DNA of 63,681 nt, filler included, from Dimargaris cristalligena (taxonomy: Eukaryota): the NCBI GenBank assembly GCA_003614675.1. It is 3 parts of 3 records of this genome, joined end to end, with 100 filler letters (N's around TTAATTAATTAA, not from the genome) between each part and the next. Parts side by side here need not be neighbours in the genome. Positions count along the whole stretch, not along the records: positions 42,576 to 63,681 come from ML002671.1; 2 more parts are not named here. One strand, 5' to 3'. Positions 60,779 through 63,681 of the stretch are shown here, one piece after another. The notes under the pieces were generated by a model, which saw only the letters and a list, made by a program, of their open reading frames with translations, was not told the origin of the DNA and made no database searches. Position 1 is the first letter of the stretch, and the number at the start of each line of letters is the position of its first letter. The translations under genes and the position numbers were made by a program.

Positions 60779-62509
60779 TAAAAATTTGTCTCCGTAGTGG
60801 TGGACAATATACTAATAGACGCGGGTGCATCATGAGAAAATATAAGGTTTATTAATTAATATATGAGTCGATCTCCATACCAGGACTTTTACTAGTCGAA
60901 ATTGATGGTGAATAGTCGCAATCACCTAATACACTTAAATCGGTTTATTTAATCGGTGATAGCGATGTACAACAATCGGTAAATATACGGTATGAAGGCC
61001 CATTTGTCACCCTATCAGTCCAAATGTGCTCTAAGGACGGGTTTATCCTCGCATCTATTGTCACCGAATAAATGATTGATGATACGGATAGGCCCCCCCA
61101 TTCACCTACACCCTTTCGCCCTAGACCAACTCATACATTCCAAGGCTTAGCTTCAGGGGCTGGCGATATTGCTTCCCTGGTATACCATATTGGCACCACC
61201 CTCTTGCCCATTTCCTTTTTTTCTACTTGCCATCTTCTAAGGTATGCCATGGAAATGTTTGGTTGGGATGTGGGGCTAAGGGGCAGGGCGGAGTGAGATG
61301 GGCGCCCGTGCCAACTACATATTGGGTAGCTCTATTATGCACGCGTGTATGCTACAGTTTGTGTGGAGATATAGGAGAGTAAGAGGTAGACCCTGCCCCT
61401 AAAAATAACCTTTGTCTATAGGCACTGTATAGAATAGCCGACTATCCTCCCCACGAGACGAGTCGGATTTGATGGAGTGAAGCCGTCGACGTGCGGGGTA
61501 GACGTGAATGAACCAGTGAAGCTGACCTTTATTGCCAGCCAACGGCCTGATATATACTTAAATTAAAATTCGGGGAACAATCAAGTGAGGAGACTGGTCC
61601 GTGGTATAGGATGGTGTGGATAAGGAGGGCTTCACCCCCACAGGGGGAGTTATAAAACTAACCTAACAGACCTCCCCTCCTTTGGTTCTACTTTGCCGTA
61701 TTCGACCTAATTTCTGTCGCTCTGCATCCGTTTGATTTATTGTGGGGCAGAAGCAGTCCATTGTTTCTATTCCGACTCTCTCTTATCCATTTTTTCTTGG
61801 TAGTTCATGGATACACGGCCATCGTTTTATACCTATCTTTCCTCATAAATCCCAAGGTCACCCTTTTAATGTTATCAAGCCAAACCATTCCCCTGCACTA
61901 CCAACCTTACTTGCATTATTATTTGCTGTTGCTGTACGTAGACTATGGAACCTCTGGGTTTTCTGAAGTGCTTTTAATCATATACATTACAATCCTTCGC
62001 AAATGATTTCAGTTAAATCGGCTTATGGACCGAACACAATAGACATCTTACAGGTTGATAGATCAATGTAGTGTACTCATTAACCGGTATTCATTGCAAC
62101 GCTCCGGTTGCTATAAATAGTAAAACTAACCAATGTTACTTTTTTCCTTTTGCTTTGATCATTTTTGATTATATCGATATAAAATATTCCTCCGCTCAGA
62201 TCCGTCGGCAGCCATCAACTATTGTAGACCCACTTACTCGAGCCTCCTTCAGACTCCCATATTGTCAACCTTCCTTTCAACTCGACAGCCCCATCAGGTC
62301 TTGTGTTCGGCTTTTGTCAGAGTATCATCACCTACCCCAAATCTACCCTCTACCCAAAAGACATCTTGGCCGCAACGAGTATACCACTGCCGCGCACTTC
62401 AGTCTCTACAGAACATAGCTCCGTCCACACCTCCCCTCCCCCCTTTTCCATCCCTCAATCGCATTTCATTATTATTTTTTGCATCCCTGAAGCAGGCCCG
62501 CCATTCATT

Positions 62510-63251
62510 ATGAACAGTCTCGTCGGTTTGAAACGGGTCTCTCACTTGCAACCGCAACTAGGTCTGGTCGATACCGAACGAACATCGCTGCTAGCCACCG
62601 GGGCCAAGGAGTTCTCCACCGCCCATCTCTCACTCGCTTCCCCCACTGCGTCCATTGGCAAAGTCCACCAGCTTTTCGCACGCCCCACCCACCCCCGCCA
62701 TCCCCAATCCACACAGGTTCCCCCTTCAGCCCCTACTTTCGCTCCCCTGTCGGCTCCCATTCTACCCTGCAGCATCACCACCACCACTGTTACCAACAAG
62801 ACGGCTACCCCTTCGGCGACCGTGGCCCTTTCCCTTAAACGAGGCCGCCGCGCCCTCCTCCGCACTCCCCTGGGCGAATACGAAATTCTCCGCACTTTAG
62901 GTCAGGGCAGCTACGGTAAAGTCAAACTGGTTCGCAATGCGCTCACCCAGGAGCAAATGGCCGTCAAGATTATCAAGCGGTACCCTAAACACAAGCATCG
63001 TAAAGAGCACCCCGAATCGAAACGGGCGCGCACGCTAGACCAGCGTGTGGTGCGCGAAGCTAACCTGTCCCGCTTGTTAGGGGAACACCACCGCCATATC
63101 ATCCAGTTGCGCGATTTCCGGGTCACGGATACCCATTTTTATCTGTTCTACGAGTATGTCGACGGGATTACCATGTCCGATCGGATTGGCCGAAACGGAC
63201 TAAGCGAAACCAAGGCGCGCCAGTATTTCAAACAGATTGCCGAAGCAATCG
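62510..63251 (+). CDS. Kin1/Kin2/MARK-like Ser/Thr kinase, first coding exon (gene continues beyond the window)
   Basis: LGEYEILRTLGQGSYGKVKL, MAVKIIKR, RVVREANL, FYEYVDG, KARQYFKQI. ATG at 62510; G|GTAAGT donor at 63252. Confidence 0.85.
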
Positions 63252-63681
63252 GTAAGTTGCCTCATTTCTTTTTCTTTTTTCACTTTTTAATTTTTTTCCG
63301 ATGGATATCCCCAGTTTCCGGTATTTTGAAGGTCATGGCGATCCGTCGGATCCATTTTTGGGGGATAGTTTGATCATCGAGGGCGGGCGGCGTGTAAGAT
63401 GGGCGGAGGGGGAAATCATGACAGTGAACCGACTTAGATGCGTGTGGTTCGTGAAGAAGGGGGGAAGGGCTAACAACGTTTCTTTAGAGATAAGGGAACA
63501 CGTGCCTTTAGGAGACACCGATTTTGAATTCAGACAATCCGTCCCCTCAAAACCTTAGTGCCAACAGTATTGTCGGTAAAGGGGACGAGGGCCCACTGAT
63601 TCATTCAGAGCCCAACTGGAATGCTGCCCTGGTTTCTGCGCCCCCTCCACTGTTCTCGTCCATATCGCCGAACTGGGCAGC

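Noticed and set aside
836-63251. Apparent polarity/septation gene cluster (Tea4, Cdc11, Sog2, Sit4, Kin1)
   Set aside because: The genes lie on three linker-joined contigs interspersed with unrelated genes. Only the Cdc11/Sog2 pair is directly adjacent.

Overview
Intron-containing fungal genomic DNA. Gene content and style suggest an early-diverging fungus, plausibly Zoopagomycota/Dimargaritales; this is inference only. Two 100-bp artificial linkers (N44-TTAATTAATTAA-N44 at 21219-21318 and 42476-42575) split the window into three pieces whose true adjacency is unproven. Piece 1 carries a Tea4/Bud14-like SH3 protein, Hap2/NF-YA, an orphan 7TM protein and an Alr1-like CorA transporter. Piece 2 carries a Cdc11/Nud1-like LRR protein head-to-head with an apparently LRR-less Sog2-like gene, an unannotated 57-aa secreted pre-pro-peptide, and two AA11-type LPMO paralogs flanking Sit4/PP6. 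Piece 3 carries an uncharacterised conserved-domain protein, a CAF-1 large subunit (no visible KER helix; PIP box completed by a 27-nt microexon), a Ser/Thr dehydratase, a pseudogenised signal-peptide plus F-box gene, and the 5' part of a Kin1/MARK kinase. A ~138-bp MITE-like element occurs 6-7 times. One copy interrupts the secreted F-box gene, and removing it restores the frame exactly. No tRNA, rRNA or CRISPR array was seen.
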